Part shown: positions 42,168 through 52,128 of the stretch, piece by piece
Position numbering within the stretch: position 1 is the first letter of the stretch
Layout of the letters: each line of letters begins with the position of its first letter
Assembly (NCBI GenBank): GCA_943787175.1
Contig: CALSLK010000003.1
Location: forward strand, 67,409-131,408
Direction of reading: 5' to 3'
DNA length: 64,000 nucleotides
Source of the DNA: an uncultured Alphaproteobacteria bacterium
Lineage (GTDB): Bacteria; Pseudomonadota; Alphaproteobacteria; SP197
Program-made: the position numbers and the translations under genes
The notes under the pieces: model-generated
The model's input: the letters and a program-made list of their open reading frames with translations, nothing else
What the model was told of the DNA's origin: nothing
Database searches by the model: none

Positions 42168-43318
42168 GCGTTCACCGGCATGTCTCGCGGCGCATGGCTG
42201 ATGACCTCGCAGGCTCCATCGGTCACGATTGCCTGCTCGCCCAGGGTCATCATCAGGCCTTTGTTGCGATTGACCATCAGCATGTGCATGAAAAAGACCA
42301 TGCCCGGCTCCAACACCAGGGGATCGGCTTCGCGGATCAGTGGATCTTCCATCCAGGTCGGCGGATAGACTGCACCCATGGTGTAGCCGCAGACGTTGAG
42401 GAAGCTGTCGCCAAAGCCGCCATCGACAAAGGCCTTTTTGTGGGCGTCAAACACCTCTCCAACCGTATTGCCTGGGCGCAGGGTCGCCTCGCATGCCTCC
42501 AGCCCGTCGCGGCAGGCGTCAAACATGGGCTGATGCAAGGGGTCAGGCTTGCCGGTGACCACGGTCAGCGTCATGGCTGCGTGATAGTGCCGGTAGGAAG
42601 CAGCAAACTCGTGGAACATCTGATCGTTTTCGCCGATGTGACCGCCTCCGGCCTTGTAGCGGACCAGCAGGGCAGAAGGCCCGCTTCCCATGGGCCAGAC
42701 ATGAGACGGTGTGTCGCCATCACGTGACCAGTTGATCGACTGCATGGCGCCGCGAATATCGCCTTCAAAGGCTCCTGGTACGGAAAGCCGGATGCCTTCG
42801 TCGCGCATGGCATCACAAATTTCGCCTGATTTGCGCATGTAGTCGAGTTCCGCCGGGCTTTTGACGATGCGCTGCAAGCGCACGATGTCGGATGCGTCTT
42901 CGAGTTTGCAGAACGTGTCCAACTCAGCTTCCAGCATTTTGCCGCGCGCTGCCGAGAGACCATAAGCGTCGTACTCCACGCCGATGCGTTTGCCTGCCAC
43001 GCCATGGCTCTCGAGCATTTCGCGGACATCGCGAGCCGGGTTCTGGTTGCCGGAATCAACCCAGATGCGGATGTCTTCAATGGTGGAAGTATAGGCCGCT
43101 TGCACCCGATCGGCCGACCTTGTGACGAGTGTGAGCTCACCGTTCGTGCCAAAGAACAGGCTTTGGAACAGGACGAAGCCGTCGGTGTCGTAGCCGGTCA
43201 GGTAATACATGCTCTCCTGACGGAAGAGCAGAATACCGTCGAGCCCCTTGTCAGCAAGCGTTTGACGCAACCTGGCCTGACGGGCTTCGAACTCGGCGAT
43301 TGAGAAATGCAGATTCAT
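42164..43318 (-). CDS. M24 family metallopeptidase (Xaa-Pro peptidase / creatinase-like)
   Basis: Creatinase/prolidase N-terminal domain plus a pita-bread fold with metal-ligand His/Asp/Glu pattern. 384 aa. Confidence 0.7.
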   Translation of the reverse strand: MNLHFSIAEFEARQARLRQTLADKGLDGILLFRQESMYYLTGYDTDGFVLFQSLFFGTNGELTLVTRSADRVQAAYTSTIEDIRIWVDSGNQNPARDVREMLESHGVAGKRIGVEYDAYGLSAARGKMLEAELDTFCKLEDASDIVRLQRIVKSPAELDYMRKSGEICDAMRDEGIRLSVPGAFEGDIRGAMQSINWSRDGDTPSHVWPMGSGPSALLVRYKAGGGHIGENDQMFHEFAASYRHYHAAMTLTVVTGKPDPLHQPMFDACRDGLEACEATLRPGNTVGEVFDAHKKAFVDGGFGDSFLNVCGYTMGAVYPPTWMEDPLIREADPLVLEPGMVFFMHMLMVNRNKGLMMTLGEQAIVTDGACEVISHAPRDMPVNA

Positions 43319-43621
43319 GGCTGGCTCCGGTGTTTGTTTTCAGACCTTGACCGCGTCACTGCTGGAAATCTCGGTTTCGCCGGTGATGAAGCGATTGGTT
43401 GGTGATGAAAAGGATGCGACGACCTTTGCAATGTTTTCGGGTTCTGCGGCCCGCTGTGCGCGTCACCGGCATGTAGGTTACTTGCAATGGCAAATCCAAT
43501 GCCTTGCGCAGCTCAGGTCGCCACGGCGACCTGTCGGTCAAGTTTTGGTCCAATCATACCTAGCTCACTTGTATGTCAGCGAAACCTTGCAGTGTTGCGC
43601 AACCAGCGGCAAGTCGCTGGT

Positions 43622-44347
43622 TCAGACGCCCAGATATTCCGCCAGTGCAGGGACGTCGGGGTTGTCGAGCAGTGATGCTGTGGGGCCGAAATCTGCAATG
43701 CCGCCATCATGCAGGAAGGCCGTGCAATCTGCGACACGTCGCGCGTCTGCCGGGTCATGACTCACCATGACGACGGTCATGCCGGTGTCGCGGCGCAGGG
43801 CGTTGACCAGATCCAGCATGTCGCGGCGCAGGGCGGGGCCAAGTGCGGCAAATGGTTCATCAAGCAGCAGAAGAGGGCGCTGACGCACCAGACTGCGCGC
43901 GATGGCGACCCGTTGGCGCTCGCCGCCAGAGAGTTCGCGCGGCAGACGTGCCTCCATGCCGGCTAGCCCGACACGTTCCAACGCGGCTGAAATGTCGGAC
44001 TTCTGCGTGCTCGTGAGCCGCAGGCTGGGGTCGATGCCAAGGCCGATGTTCTGCAAAGCGGTCAGGTGCGGGAAGAGATTGTGCTCCTGAAACAGCGTCG
44101 TTACCGGTCGTTCCGCAGGAGCAAGGTTGGTCACATCCTTGCCCTGCACTCCGATTGCACCTGCAGTCGGACGCTCGAAACCAGCGACCAGGGAGAGCAG
44201 GGTACTCTTGCCCGCTCCGCTGGCCCCCAACAATGCGGCAAACGAACCTGAAGGAACGGCGAGGTCGTATGTGACCTGCCAATCACCATAGCCAAACCGT
44301 ACGCCGCTGAGTTCAAGTCCGGTTACGTCCACCGATCCCTCCTTCAA
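43622..44347 (-). CDS. thiQ: Thiamine ABC transporter ATP-binding protein
   Basis: Walker A GASGAGKST, signature LSGGERQRVAIAR and Walker B LLLDEP. Last gene of the thiBPQ order. Confidence 0.8.
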   Translation of the reverse strand: MKEGSVDVTGLELSGVRFGYGDWQVTYDLAVPSGSFAALLGASGAGKSTLLSLVAGFERPTAGAIGVQGKDVTNLAPAERPVTTLFQEHNLFPHLTALQNIGLGIDPSLRLTSTQKSDISAALERVGLAGMEARLPRELSGGERQRVAIARSLVRQRPLLLLDEPFAALGPALRRDMLDLVNALRRDTGMTVVMVSHDPADARRVADCTAFLHDGGIADFGPTASLLDNPDVPALAEYLGV

Positions 44348-45914
44348 TCACAACAAAAACGACAAGACATAGCCCGACAAGAAGAAGCGCCAGCACGGCG
44401 GCTTCGTCCATCCGGTAACTTCCCAGGGCGCGGTAAAGCATGAGGGAAAGCGTGGCGTCACGCTGGGTTCCAAACAGCGCGATTGCCGTCAGGTCACCAG
44501 TTGCCAATGCGGAGGCCAGGGCCCAGGCCGTTGCGATACCGCGCCGCGACGCCGGCCATTCCAGGTGACGGATGCGGGCCCAGCCACGCAGACCCAGGCT
44601 GGCACACAGACGGTCATGGTGCTCTGCCGTGCGTCTCAAGGTGGGTGCCAGAATGCGCAGGACATAGGGTACGGCAACAATGCCGTTGACCAGGGCGGCA
44701 AGGGGCAGGGCCCAGTCGAAGACCGGCACGAGCGGTAGCAGGAGCACAAACAGGCCGGCGCCAAGTACGATGGGTGAGATCACCAGAGTCAGGCTTCCTG
44801 CAAGCTCCATTCGGTCTGCCAGCCTTGTGCGTCCTGCGCGTACGGCAAGGTCACGCGTGGTTGCGAGCAGGGCGATGCCCAGAACAAGAGCTAAAAGCCC
44901 TGCACCAACGCCTACCGACACGCTGCGCAGAGCCGCGGCCCAAACCTCCCGGCGCGAAAGAACATCGATAACGGGACCTGAAAGGCCTGCGATCACGATC
45001 GCGATAAGAGGCCCAAGGACCCAGAGACTGCCTGTCACAAGCGCCAGTGTGTCGATGACACGTCCAGGCAAATGGTCCGTGTCGGGCCGCGCAATCAGGC
45101 GCTCCTCGGTGGCCTGACTTTCGGGTGTTTTTGCAAATCGGAAGAAGATCACAGCCATGACGGCGCAGGCAGCAACCTGCACCAGGGCCAGCCCGACGGC
45201 CCTGGCAATGTCAAAATCCAGACGCAGCGCCTGATAGATCGCGACTTCCAGCGTGGTGTTTCTTGGGCCGCCGCCCAAGGCCAGAACGACGGCAAAGCTG
45301 GTGAAACACAGCAGAAAAACAAGCATGGCAACGCCGGGAATCACGGCGATCAGGCGTGGTAGCTCGATGAGCCGGAAAATTGCCCAGGGGCCCATGCCGA
45401 GCTGGCCGGCCAGACGCCAGCTTTCCCCGGGAATGGTTTGCCACGCGCCAAGCAGCAAGCGCACGGCAAGCGGCATGTTGAAGAAGACATGGGCAATCAG
45501 AATGCCCGAGAGGCCATATAGAGGTGACAGACCTGGCAGGCCGCTTGCCTCCATTGCGTTGCTGATGGCGCCGTTCTGGCCCCAGATGGCGGCAATGCCG
45601 AAGACTGCGACAATCACGGGCAGGACCAGCGGCAGGCCCATCACACGCAGCAGAAACGTGCGGCCGGGAAAGCTGGTCCTGCGTGCAAATGCACGTGCAA
45701 CCGGCAGTGCAAACGCCAACGACAGGGCCGTTGACAACAACGCCTGGATGACCGTGAAGCGCAGGACACGCAGGGTGTAGCTGTCCCAAACCGCAGCCAT
45801 CGATAACTCCGGCGCAGCATGGAGCAGTGCTCCAAGAGCGACTGCTGCCAGACCCAGTGTGCTCAGGAGAGCAAGACCGCCGGGCCAGAGAAGTGGCCGG
45901 TAGCCCGTCATCAT
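44313..45914 (-). CDS. thiP: Thiamine ABC transporter permease (duplicated permease domains)
   Basis: 533 aa with two tandem six-TM permease halves, typical of ThiP. Confidence 0.8.
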   Translation of the reverse strand: MMTGYRPLLWPGGLALLSTLGLAAVALGALLHAAPELSMAAVWDSYTLRVLRFTVIQALLSTALSLAFALPVARAFARRTSFPGRTFLLRVMGLPLVLPVIVAVFGIAAIWGQNGAISNAMEASGLPGLSPLYGLSGILIAHVFFNMPLAVRLLLGAWQTIPGESWRLAGQLGMGPWAIFRLIELPRLIAVIPGVAMLVFLLCFTSFAVVLALGGGPRNTTLEVAIYQALRLDFDIARAVGLALVQVAACAVMAVIFFRFAKTPESQATEERLIARPDTDHLPGRVIDTLALVTGSLWVLGPLIAIVIAGLSGPVIDVLSRREVWAAALRSVSVGVGAGLLALVLGIALLATTRDLAVRAGRTRLADRMELAGSLTLVISPIVLGAGLFVLLLPLVPVFDWALPLAALVNGIVAVPYVLRILAPTLRRTAEHHDRLCASLGLRGWARIRHLEWPASRRGIATAWALASALATGDLTAIALFGTQRDATLSLMLYRALGSYRMDEAAVLALLLVGLCLVVFVVIEGGIGGRNRT

Positions 45915-45915
45915 G

Positions 45916-46908
45916 TCACTGGCTCATGGCGTCCAGCCATTCCTTGGTCCACTGATGCCGCTCGCGGCTGACTTCCATGGGCCCCAGCAGGAGGGAAATT
46001 TCAGGTTCGGGGAGGTCGAGGAATTCCTGGGGCAGGGCATCACCGATGTTGATGACAGGGAACATCCAGTTACCGGTGGGAACAATCTCCTGGAATGCCG
46101 GTGTGATCATGAAGGACAGGAATTCCCGCGCCAGATCGGCGTGCTGAGATCCGGCAACGAGTGCTGCGACCTCAATTTGAAGGTAATGGCCTTCGGGGAA
46201 GATGATCGCCTTATAGCGGTCGCTGCCCTCAACGATCTGGTGATAGGCCGGAGAGGTCGTGTAGCTCAACACCATGGGTGCTTCGCCTTCCAGGAACAGG
46301 CCATAGGCTTCGCTCCAGCCTTTGGTCACGGTCAGGACACGCTCCGACAGGCGCTCCCAGTTTTCTCCAGCGTCGGGGCCATACACTGCCTTCATCCAGA
46401 GCAGCAGGCCCAGACCTGGCGTACTGGTGCGTGGATCCTGGATGATGATCTGGGGTTCGGGCGCACCGCTCACCAGATCATGGAGTGAGGCTGGAGGAAT
46501 GGGCCAGGCCTCGCTGTCATAAATGACAGCGAAATAGCCATAGTCGAAGGGAACAAAGACCGGATCATTCCATTCCAACGGCAGATCGAGGCCTTCCAGG
46601 CTGATCCCGTGTGCCTGCACCAGACCTTCGATTTGCGCCTCGGCCATCAGGTTGTTGTCGAGGCCCAGCACAATGTCGGCACGGGTTTGATCACCCTCAA
46701 GGCGAAGCCGTGACAGCAGCGTGGCGGCATCTTCAACAGCGGTCCATTCGATGGCGCAATCGCATTGTGCTTCAAACGCCTCTTGGATGGCGGGACCAGG
46801 TCCCCATTCGCTGATGAAGGAGTCATAGGTGTAGATGGTCAGCACTTCCGCGCGTGCGGCAGTGGCCATCAGAAGGGCAGAGATCGCCAGGGTAGACAGA
46901 CGCAACAT
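45916..46908 (-). CDS. thiB: Thiamine ABC transporter substrate-binding protein
   Basis: Signal peptide and ThiB/TbpA-like sequence. Directly downstream of a TPP riboswitch. Confidence 0.8.
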   Translation of the reverse strand: MLRLSTLAISALLMATAARAEVLTIYTYDSFISEWGPGPAIQEAFEAQCDCAIEWTAVEDAATLLSRLRLEGDQTRADIVLGLDNNLMAEAQIEGLVQAHGISLEGLDLPLEWNDPVFVPFDYGYFAVIYDSEAWPIPPASLHDLVSGAPEPQIIIQDPRTSTPGLGLLLWMKAVYGPDAGENWERLSERVLTVTKGWSEAYGLFLEGEAPMVLSYTTSPAYHQIVEGSDRYKAIIFPEGHYLQIEVAALVAGSQHADLAREFLSFMITPAFQEIVPTGNWMFPVINIGDALPQEFLDLPEPEISLLLGPMEVSRERHQWTKEWLDAMSQ

Positions 46909-46945
46909 CAAACATTCCTCTGTTCGCCGGGCGAAGAGGAAGGGG

Positions 46946-47041
46946 ATGCGGTTCTGCAGGAAAAACCGTCGCCTCAATCCCTACGCCGGCATGATCCGGA
47001 TCAGGTTCGACGGGTCGGTGCGCTGGCACCTCTCAGCCCGA
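46946..47041 (-). promoter_or_regulatory. TPP (thiamine pyrophosphate) riboswitch, THI element, in the thiBPQ leader
   Basis: Minus-strand sequence GGGGAGCCC...GGGCTGAGAGG...ACCC...GAACCTGATCCGGATCATGCCGGCGTAGGGA contains the invariant CUGAGA and ACCUGAUC(C/U)GGAUAAUGCCGGCGUAGGGA THI-box elements. Confidence 0.85.
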
Positions 47042-47105
47042 ACTGGGCTCCCCGTGAGTGACAGGACAACAGATAGGTGTTCCGTGCTGCGTTGGCAAGG
47101 GTGCG

Positions 47106-47327
47106 TCAGGCGCGACGCAGCTCGAAGGTGTAGACGCCCTCGTCTTCCGTGCTGGAAAGCAGGGCATGCCCGGTGAGTTCGCTGAAGGCTGCAAAATCCT
47201 TCACGGCACTGGGGTCGGTGGCGTGAACGGTCAGCACATCGCCTGCTGCCATGGCCTTCAGGCGCTTCTTGGCCTTGAGTACGGGCAGCGGGCAGGCCAG
47301 TCCCTTGACGTCGAGTTCTTCGTTCAT
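47106..47327 (-). CDS. TusA-family sulfurtransferase (SirA/YedF/YeeD-like)
   Basis: CPxP motif near the N-terminus (LDVKGLACPLPVLKAKK). About 74 aa. Confidence 0.65.
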   Translation of the reverse strand: MNEELDVKGLACPLPVLKAKKRLKAMAAGDVLTVHATDPSAVKDFAAFSELTGHALLSSTEDEGVYTFELRRA

Positions 47328-47352
47328 GACGCCTTCATAACCCAATCAGGCG

Positions 47353-48381
47353 TCACAGAACACGCTTGCCATAGGCGAAAAGCGCGGGCGTGCCGCCGGT
47401 ATGGATGAACACCAGATTTGCCTCGGGTCCTTGTTCTTTGGCCCGGTTCAGGAAACTTGCCATCGCCTTGCCAGAATAGACGGGATCCAGGATCAGTCCT
47501 TCCTGGCTTGCACCAGCATGTATGGCAGCACGGGTGGGTTCGTTAAGCAGGCCGTAGCCCGGCGCCAGCGCGTCATCCACCAGAAGGACGTCTTCCGCAC
47601 AGACCGGTGAGGACATCTCGAGAAGTGCAGCAATTTGATCACAGCGATCGGCAATGCGACCGGTCTGCTCTGGTGCGCTCCGTCGGACGCAGGCCCCCAC
47701 TACAGGCGTTGTCACACCAAGTGCGCGGAGTCCGAAAAGGAGACCTGCATGGGTGTTGCCGCTGCCCGAGGGAACAATGATTTCGTCAGGCGTTACGTTC
47801 ATCTCCTGGAATTGCGCTACCAACTCCATGGCAGCAACAATGTACCCCAAAGCGCCAAGGGGTTTGTGCGCAGGTGAAAGCGGGATGATGTAAGGCGACC
47901 TGCCTTCACCACGCAGTGAACTGGCAATCAGATCCAGATTGGCGTCCGCGCCTGCTTCGTCCTCGCCGCGAGGGTAGGTATGAATGACCGCGCCCAGCAG
48001 TTGATCAAGCAACACATTGCCGGATGTCCGATAGAGATCATCAACATCGGCAACCCGTTCCTCAAGCTGGATATGGCAGGCCAGACCCAGCTTTGCTGCT
48101 GCAGCGGCCGCAAGGCGCACAAAGTTCGACTGCACCGCGCCGGTGATCAGGATGGTGTCGCAGTGTTGTGCCAGAGCCTCGCCCAGATAGAACTCCAGCT
48201 GGCGCACCTTGCTGCCACCCATGGCAAGGCCTGTGCAGTCATCACGCTTGATGAGGAGCCGTCCGACGCCCGTGAGAATCGCAAGGCGCGGCATGTCCTC
48301 CAACGGCGTGTGTGGGGTACAGAGCCTCGTGCGCGGGAATGCTTCCAGGCGCTGATGCAGTTGGCTGGTGGTGGCTGACAT
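47353..48381 (-). CDS. PLP-dependent D-cysteine desulfhydrase / ACC deaminase family protein
   Basis: Fold-type II PLP enzyme pattern of the DcyD/ACC-deaminase family (KRDDCTGLAMGGSKVRQLEF). 342 aa. Confidence 0.7.
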   Translation of the reverse strand: MSATTSQLHQRLEAFPRTRLCTPHTPLEDMPRLAILTGVGRLLIKRDDCTGLAMGGSKVRQLEFYLGEALAQHCDTILITGAVQSNFVRLAAAAAAKLGLACHIQLEERVADVDDLYRTSGNVLLDQLLGAVIHTYPRGEDEAGADANLDLIASSLRGEGRSPYIIPLSPAHKPLGALGYIVAAMELVAQFQEMNVTPDEIIVPSGSGNTHAGLLFGLRALGVTTPVVGACVRRSAPEQTGRIADRCDQIAALLEMSSPVCAEDVLLVDDALAPGYGLLNEPTRAAIHAGASQEGLILDPVYSGKAMASFLNRAKEQGPEANLVFIHTGGTPALFAYGKRVL

Positions 48382-48472
48382 GCGTCTTCATCCAGAACAG
48401 GTCTGAAGACAGACTTAGCACGTCTAGGTCACACTTCGTCTGCTCGTGCGGCCGACGAAAAAAGCAGGGAAA

Positions 48473-48547
<75 letters not shown>

Positions 48548-48848
48548 TTTGAAACCGGGCCGGAACCTGCCCACAGTGGAAGGGGTGAAGCAAGTATGTC
48601 CGAGGGCAAAGGTGGTGAGCGATAGCAAGGCCGATAAGTCGGCTGATTCAGGGGGCTGACAATCCGACTGACCTGAAGGCTCAGCGGCTGGCAGAAGCCC
48701 TGCGTGCAAACCTGAAACGGCGCAAATCCCAGGCGCGGTGATCGCACGCAACCAGATGACGGCGATCAACAGGGCCAAGACTAGATTTCTGGCCTGGTTT
48801 TTGCTTGTCTAAAGCTGATGTCCAAGCGGTTTTCGCCAGTTTGTTACG

Positions 48849-49241
48849 ATGAGTGTGTTACTTTGGGTCGCGGCTGTTTCACAACAGGCCGCAGCCGAGG
48901 TGCTGGATTTTTACGTTCTGCGTGAAACGCTGATCGAGGAAACCCAGTTCGGCAAAGACAGCCAGGAATACATCAACGGAATGGCGGTCATCGGCACCTG
49001 GGCGCGATGGCGTGGTGTGGTTGATCGTGTCATCGAGTCACAGGACGGTCTGTGGCTGATCCTTGTCGAGATGGATGAGCCGGAGTTTCCAGGGCCCAGT
49101 CACGATCTTGAAGTCTGGACCGATGACCCTGCCGCCGCCCTTCTAGAACAGGGTCATGCGATCACGATCAAGGGCAACATTGTCGACTTTCGGCGTCTTC
49201 CCGGCGCCGTCGTGCGGATCGTGATTGACGCGCGCATCTGA
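48849..49241 (+). CDS. Hypothetical protein
   Basis: 130 aa ORF between tRNA-Thr and murA. No recognisable motifs. Confidence 0.3.
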   Translation: MSVLLWVAAVSQQAAAEVLDFYVLRETLIEETQFGKDSQEYINGMAVIGTWARWRGVVDRVIESQDGLWLILVEMDEPEFPGPSHDLEVWTDDPAAALLEQGHAITIKGNIVDFRRLPGAVVRIVIDARI

Positions 49242-49341
49242 TTTGTCCACGCCTCAAACGCGCCGCAGCACCGCCTTAGTTTTGCACCCGCACTGCTCCA
49301 GTGTATGAGGGGGGCGCGCCTGAAACCCGGGAGCTGAAAGC

Positions 49342-50610
49342 GTGGACAGGATTGGTGTGGTTGGCGGTGTGGCGCTGCAAGGCGAGATCGCCATTGCAGG
49401 CGCAAAGAATGCAGCTTTGAAATTGATGGTGGCGTCGCTGTTGAGCGATGCGCCTCTGGTGCTTGAGAACATGCCTAGCGTGGCTGATGTCGGTGCCTTG
49501 ACCAGCGTGCTTGAGGAACTGGGCGTTCGTGTTACCAGGGATGCCGACGTGCCTGGCCGCATGTGTTTGCATGCCGAATCCATTACATCGACCACTGCCC
49601 CCTATGATCTGGTCCGCAAAATGCGCGCCTCGGTCCTGGTCTTTGGTCCGCTGCTGGCGCGCTGTGGCAAGGCAAAAGTATCGCTGCCCGGCGGCTGTGC
49701 AATCGGAACACGCCCGGTTGACCTGCATATTCTGGGACTTGAGGCGCTGGGTGCCAGAATTCATCTCGAAGAGGGTTACCTGCTGGGCGAGGCACCAGGA
49801 GGGCTGAAAGGCGCCAGGATCGACTTTCCCATGGTTTCGGTCGGTGCGACTGAACACGTGATGATGGCCGCAACGCTGGCACAGGGCACAACGGAACTTC
49901 ACAACGTGGCGCAGGAGCCGGAGATTCTTGATCTCGCGGAATGCCTCAATGCCATGGGTGCCCGGATTACTGGCGCGGGCGGTCCGGTCATTCGTATCGA
50001 CGGCATCGAGGGTCTTGGTGCGGCAACGCATCGTGTTGTTCCAGATCGTATCGAAACCGGCACCTACATCATGGCCGCGGCGGCGACGGATGGTGAGATC
50101 GAACTGCTCGAAACCAACCTGGATCATCTGGGTGCTGAGGTCTGCGCGCTCACCAAGGCCGGCGTCGAGATTGCAGAAACCAATCGCGGCATCCTGGCCA
50201 AACGCGCCAATGGCCGGCTTTCTGCCGTCGATCTGGAAACCCAACCGTTCCCAGGCTTTGCCACTGACCTTCAGGCTCAGTTCATGGCACTGATGGCCAT
50301 GGCGCAAGGTGAGTCGCATATTGATGAGACGATCTTCGAGAATCGCTTTATGCACGTGCCCGAACTGATGCGCATGGGTGCTGACATCCAGGTCCATGGC
50401 GGCTCGGCGATTGTGAAGGGTGTTGAGCGTTTGCATGGCGCACCGGTCATGGCGACGGATCTGCGTGCTTCGGTTTGTCTGGTTTTGGCCGCCCTGGCCG
50501 CAGAAGGTGAGACGATCGTCAATCGCGTGTACCATCTGGACCGCGGCTACGAGCGGCTGGTAGACAAGCTTGCCGCGTGTGGCGCAAGAATCGAACGTTT
50601 GGCGGATTAA
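49342..50610 (+). CDS. murA: UDP-N-acetylglucosamine 1-carboxyvinyltransferase
   Basis: 422 aa with a typical MurA N-terminus ([28 protein letters not shown]) and an active-site Cys region ([13 protein letters not shown]). Confidence 0.9.
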   Translation: MDRIGVVGGVALQGEIAIAGAKNAALKLMVASLLSDAPLVLENMPSVADVGALTSVLEELGVRVTRDADVPGRMCLHAESITSTTAPYDLVRKMRASVLVFGPLLARCGKAKVSLPGGCAIGTRPVDLHILGLEALGARIHLEEGYLLGEAPGGLKGARIDFPMVSVGATEHVMMAATLAQGTTELHNVAQEPEILDLAECLNAMGARITGAGGPVIRIDGIEGLGAATHRVVPDRIETGTYIMAAAATDGEIELLETNLDHLGAEVCALTKAGVEIAETNRGILAKRANGRLSAVDLETQPFPGFATDLQAQFMALMAMAQGESHIDETIFENRFMHVPELMRMGADIQVHGGSAIVKGVERLHGAPVMATDLRASVCLVLAALAAEGETIVNRVYHLDRGYERLVDKLAACGARIERLAD

Positions 50611-51066
50611 ATGCAGGACAGTGGACTGAAACTCAAAGCAACGGATGATGACGATCTGGAAGTCTTTTCGACTGTTCTCCAGGACGCATCCATGCCCTTG
50701 TCCGAAGTGACCTTCTTGAAGGAAGAGAAGCAGTTCGCTGCGCTGTTCCGCCGCTTTTGCTATGAGCAGATGCAGGACATGGTTACGGGCCATGGCTTGA
50801 TGCAGGTCGAATGTGCACTTGTGTTCGATGAAGTCAGCGACGCCAGTGCATGGGATCTTGGTGGGCTTGGAGGCGGTGGCATGGCCGAACTCATGACCAT
50901 CGTCAGTGATAAAGCATCCGACGACGGCGTGGCCATCACGTTGGTGTTTCACGGGGGCGGGCATATCAAGGTTGATGCCGCACGGGTCACCGGTCGTCTT
51001 GCCGACATCGGCGAAGCGCAGCCAGCGGATCGCAGGCCCCGCCACGCTCCAACGTTCGATAGCTGA
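50611..51066 (+). CDS. DUF2948-like conserved hypothetical protein
   Basis: 151 aa acidic protein immediately after murA, as in many alphaproteobacteria. Confidence 0.45.
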   Translation: MQDSGLKLKATDDDDLEVFSTVLQDASMPLSEVTFLKEEKQFAALFRRFCYEQMQDMVTGHGLMQVECALVFDEVSDASAWDLGGLGGGGMAELMTIVSDKASDDGVAITLVFHGGGHIKVDAARVTGRLADIGEAQPADRRPRHAPTFDS

Positions 51067-51093
51067 TACGCGGTTCCGGCCCGCAATTTCTGG

Positions 51094-51597
51094 ATGGAAA
51101 TGGTGATGGCCGACAACGATCAGGACCCCAACGCCAGAATTGTCGACATCCAACTCGACGATAAACTTGTGGTGCGCCGCAGTGCCGAGGTTGAGCACGA
51201 GATGGGTGTCGCCATCTTTGATCTTCTTGAAGCCAACCTTTTTGCACCTGTCGATGCACCAGCAGGGCCCTATAGGGTCCGGCTGGCCATTCGCGATGGA
51301 CGCAGTCTGATATTCGAGATCAGCGACAACGATGGCAAGGAACTGACCAACGAGGTCGTGCCTCTCAATCTGTTCCGCCGCATCGTAAAGGACTACTTCA
51401 CAGTCTGCGAAAGCTACTTCGATGCCATCAAGAATGCGCCCGCCTCACGCATCGAGGCACTCGATATGGGTCGCCGTGGCTTGCACAATGAAGGGGCGGT
51501 ACTGCTGCGCGAAAACCTGGAAGGCCGCATCACGATTGATGATGAAACCGCACGGCGTCTGTTCACGCTGATCTGCGTGCTCCACATTCGGGGCTGA
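51094..51597 (+). CDS. UPF0262 family protein
   Basis: 167 aa with conserved alphaproteobacterial UPF0262-like sequence (VRLAIRDGRSLIFEISDNDGKEL). Confidence 0.5.
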   Translation: MEMVMADNDQDPNARIVDIQLDDKLVVRRSAEVEHEMGVAIFDLLEANLFAPVDAPAGPYRVRLAIRDGRSLIFEISDNDGKELTNEVVPLNLFRRIVKDYFTVCESYFDAIKNAPASRIEALDMGRRGLHNEGAVLLRENLEGRITIDDETARRLFTLICVLHIRG

Positions 51598-51602
51598 GGT
51601 TC

Positions 51603-52055
51603 ATGGCCGATCTTCCTGGCGCGGTTCTGTTCGTGTGCAACTTCAATGCCGTGCGTTCTCCCATGGCGGAAGGCCTCATGAAGAGCCTCTATGGGCAGCA
51701 GGTCTTCATCGATTCAGTCGGCGTGCGTCCCTATGAGGAACCTGATTCTTTCATGATCGCTGTCATGGAGGAGATTGGGGTAGATATGTCTCGCCACAAA
51801 CCTAAGACCTTTGATGACCTGGAAGACGAGGCCGAAAGTTATGACCTCGTCATTACCTTGTCACCGGAAGCGCATCATCGCGCGATCGAGCTGACCCATT
51901 ACGCGTCGCTGGATATCGAGTACTGGATTACCTTCGACCCGACTTCGACTGAAGGCAGCCGGGAGGTGCGACTGGATGCCTACCGGCAGGTGCGCGATCA
52001 TCTTCGCCAACGCATCGAGGAGCGCTTTCCCAAGGGCTCGGTTTCGGCGATCTGA
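51603..52055 (+). CDS. Low-molecular-weight protein tyrosine phosphatase / ArsC-type arsenate reductase family
   Basis: CX5R P-loop LFVCNFNAVRSPMAEG. Confidence 0.7.
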   Translation: MADLPGAVLFVCNFNAVRSPMAEGLMKSLYGQQVFIDSVGVRPYEEPDSFMIAVMEEIGVDMSRHKPKTFDDLEDEAESYDLVITLSPEAHHRAIELTHYASLDIEYWITFDPTSTEGSREVRLDAYRQVRDHLRQRIEERFPKGSVSAI

Positions 52056-52128
52056 GGTTCCTGGAAATTGTGCTAAGAAACGATCCTGTGACGATGGGTC
52101 ACGGATCCAGGATGGATGAGCAGATTTC

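Noticed and set aside
43318-43622. 147-aa plus-strand ORF in the intergenic region downstream of thiQ
   Set aside because: No motifs. It lies in a region expected to hold the promoter of the M24 peptidase gene, so it is probably non-coding.
49276-51198. 640-aa minus-strand ORF
   Set aside because: Antisense to murA and the downstream conserved gene. A shadow ORF.
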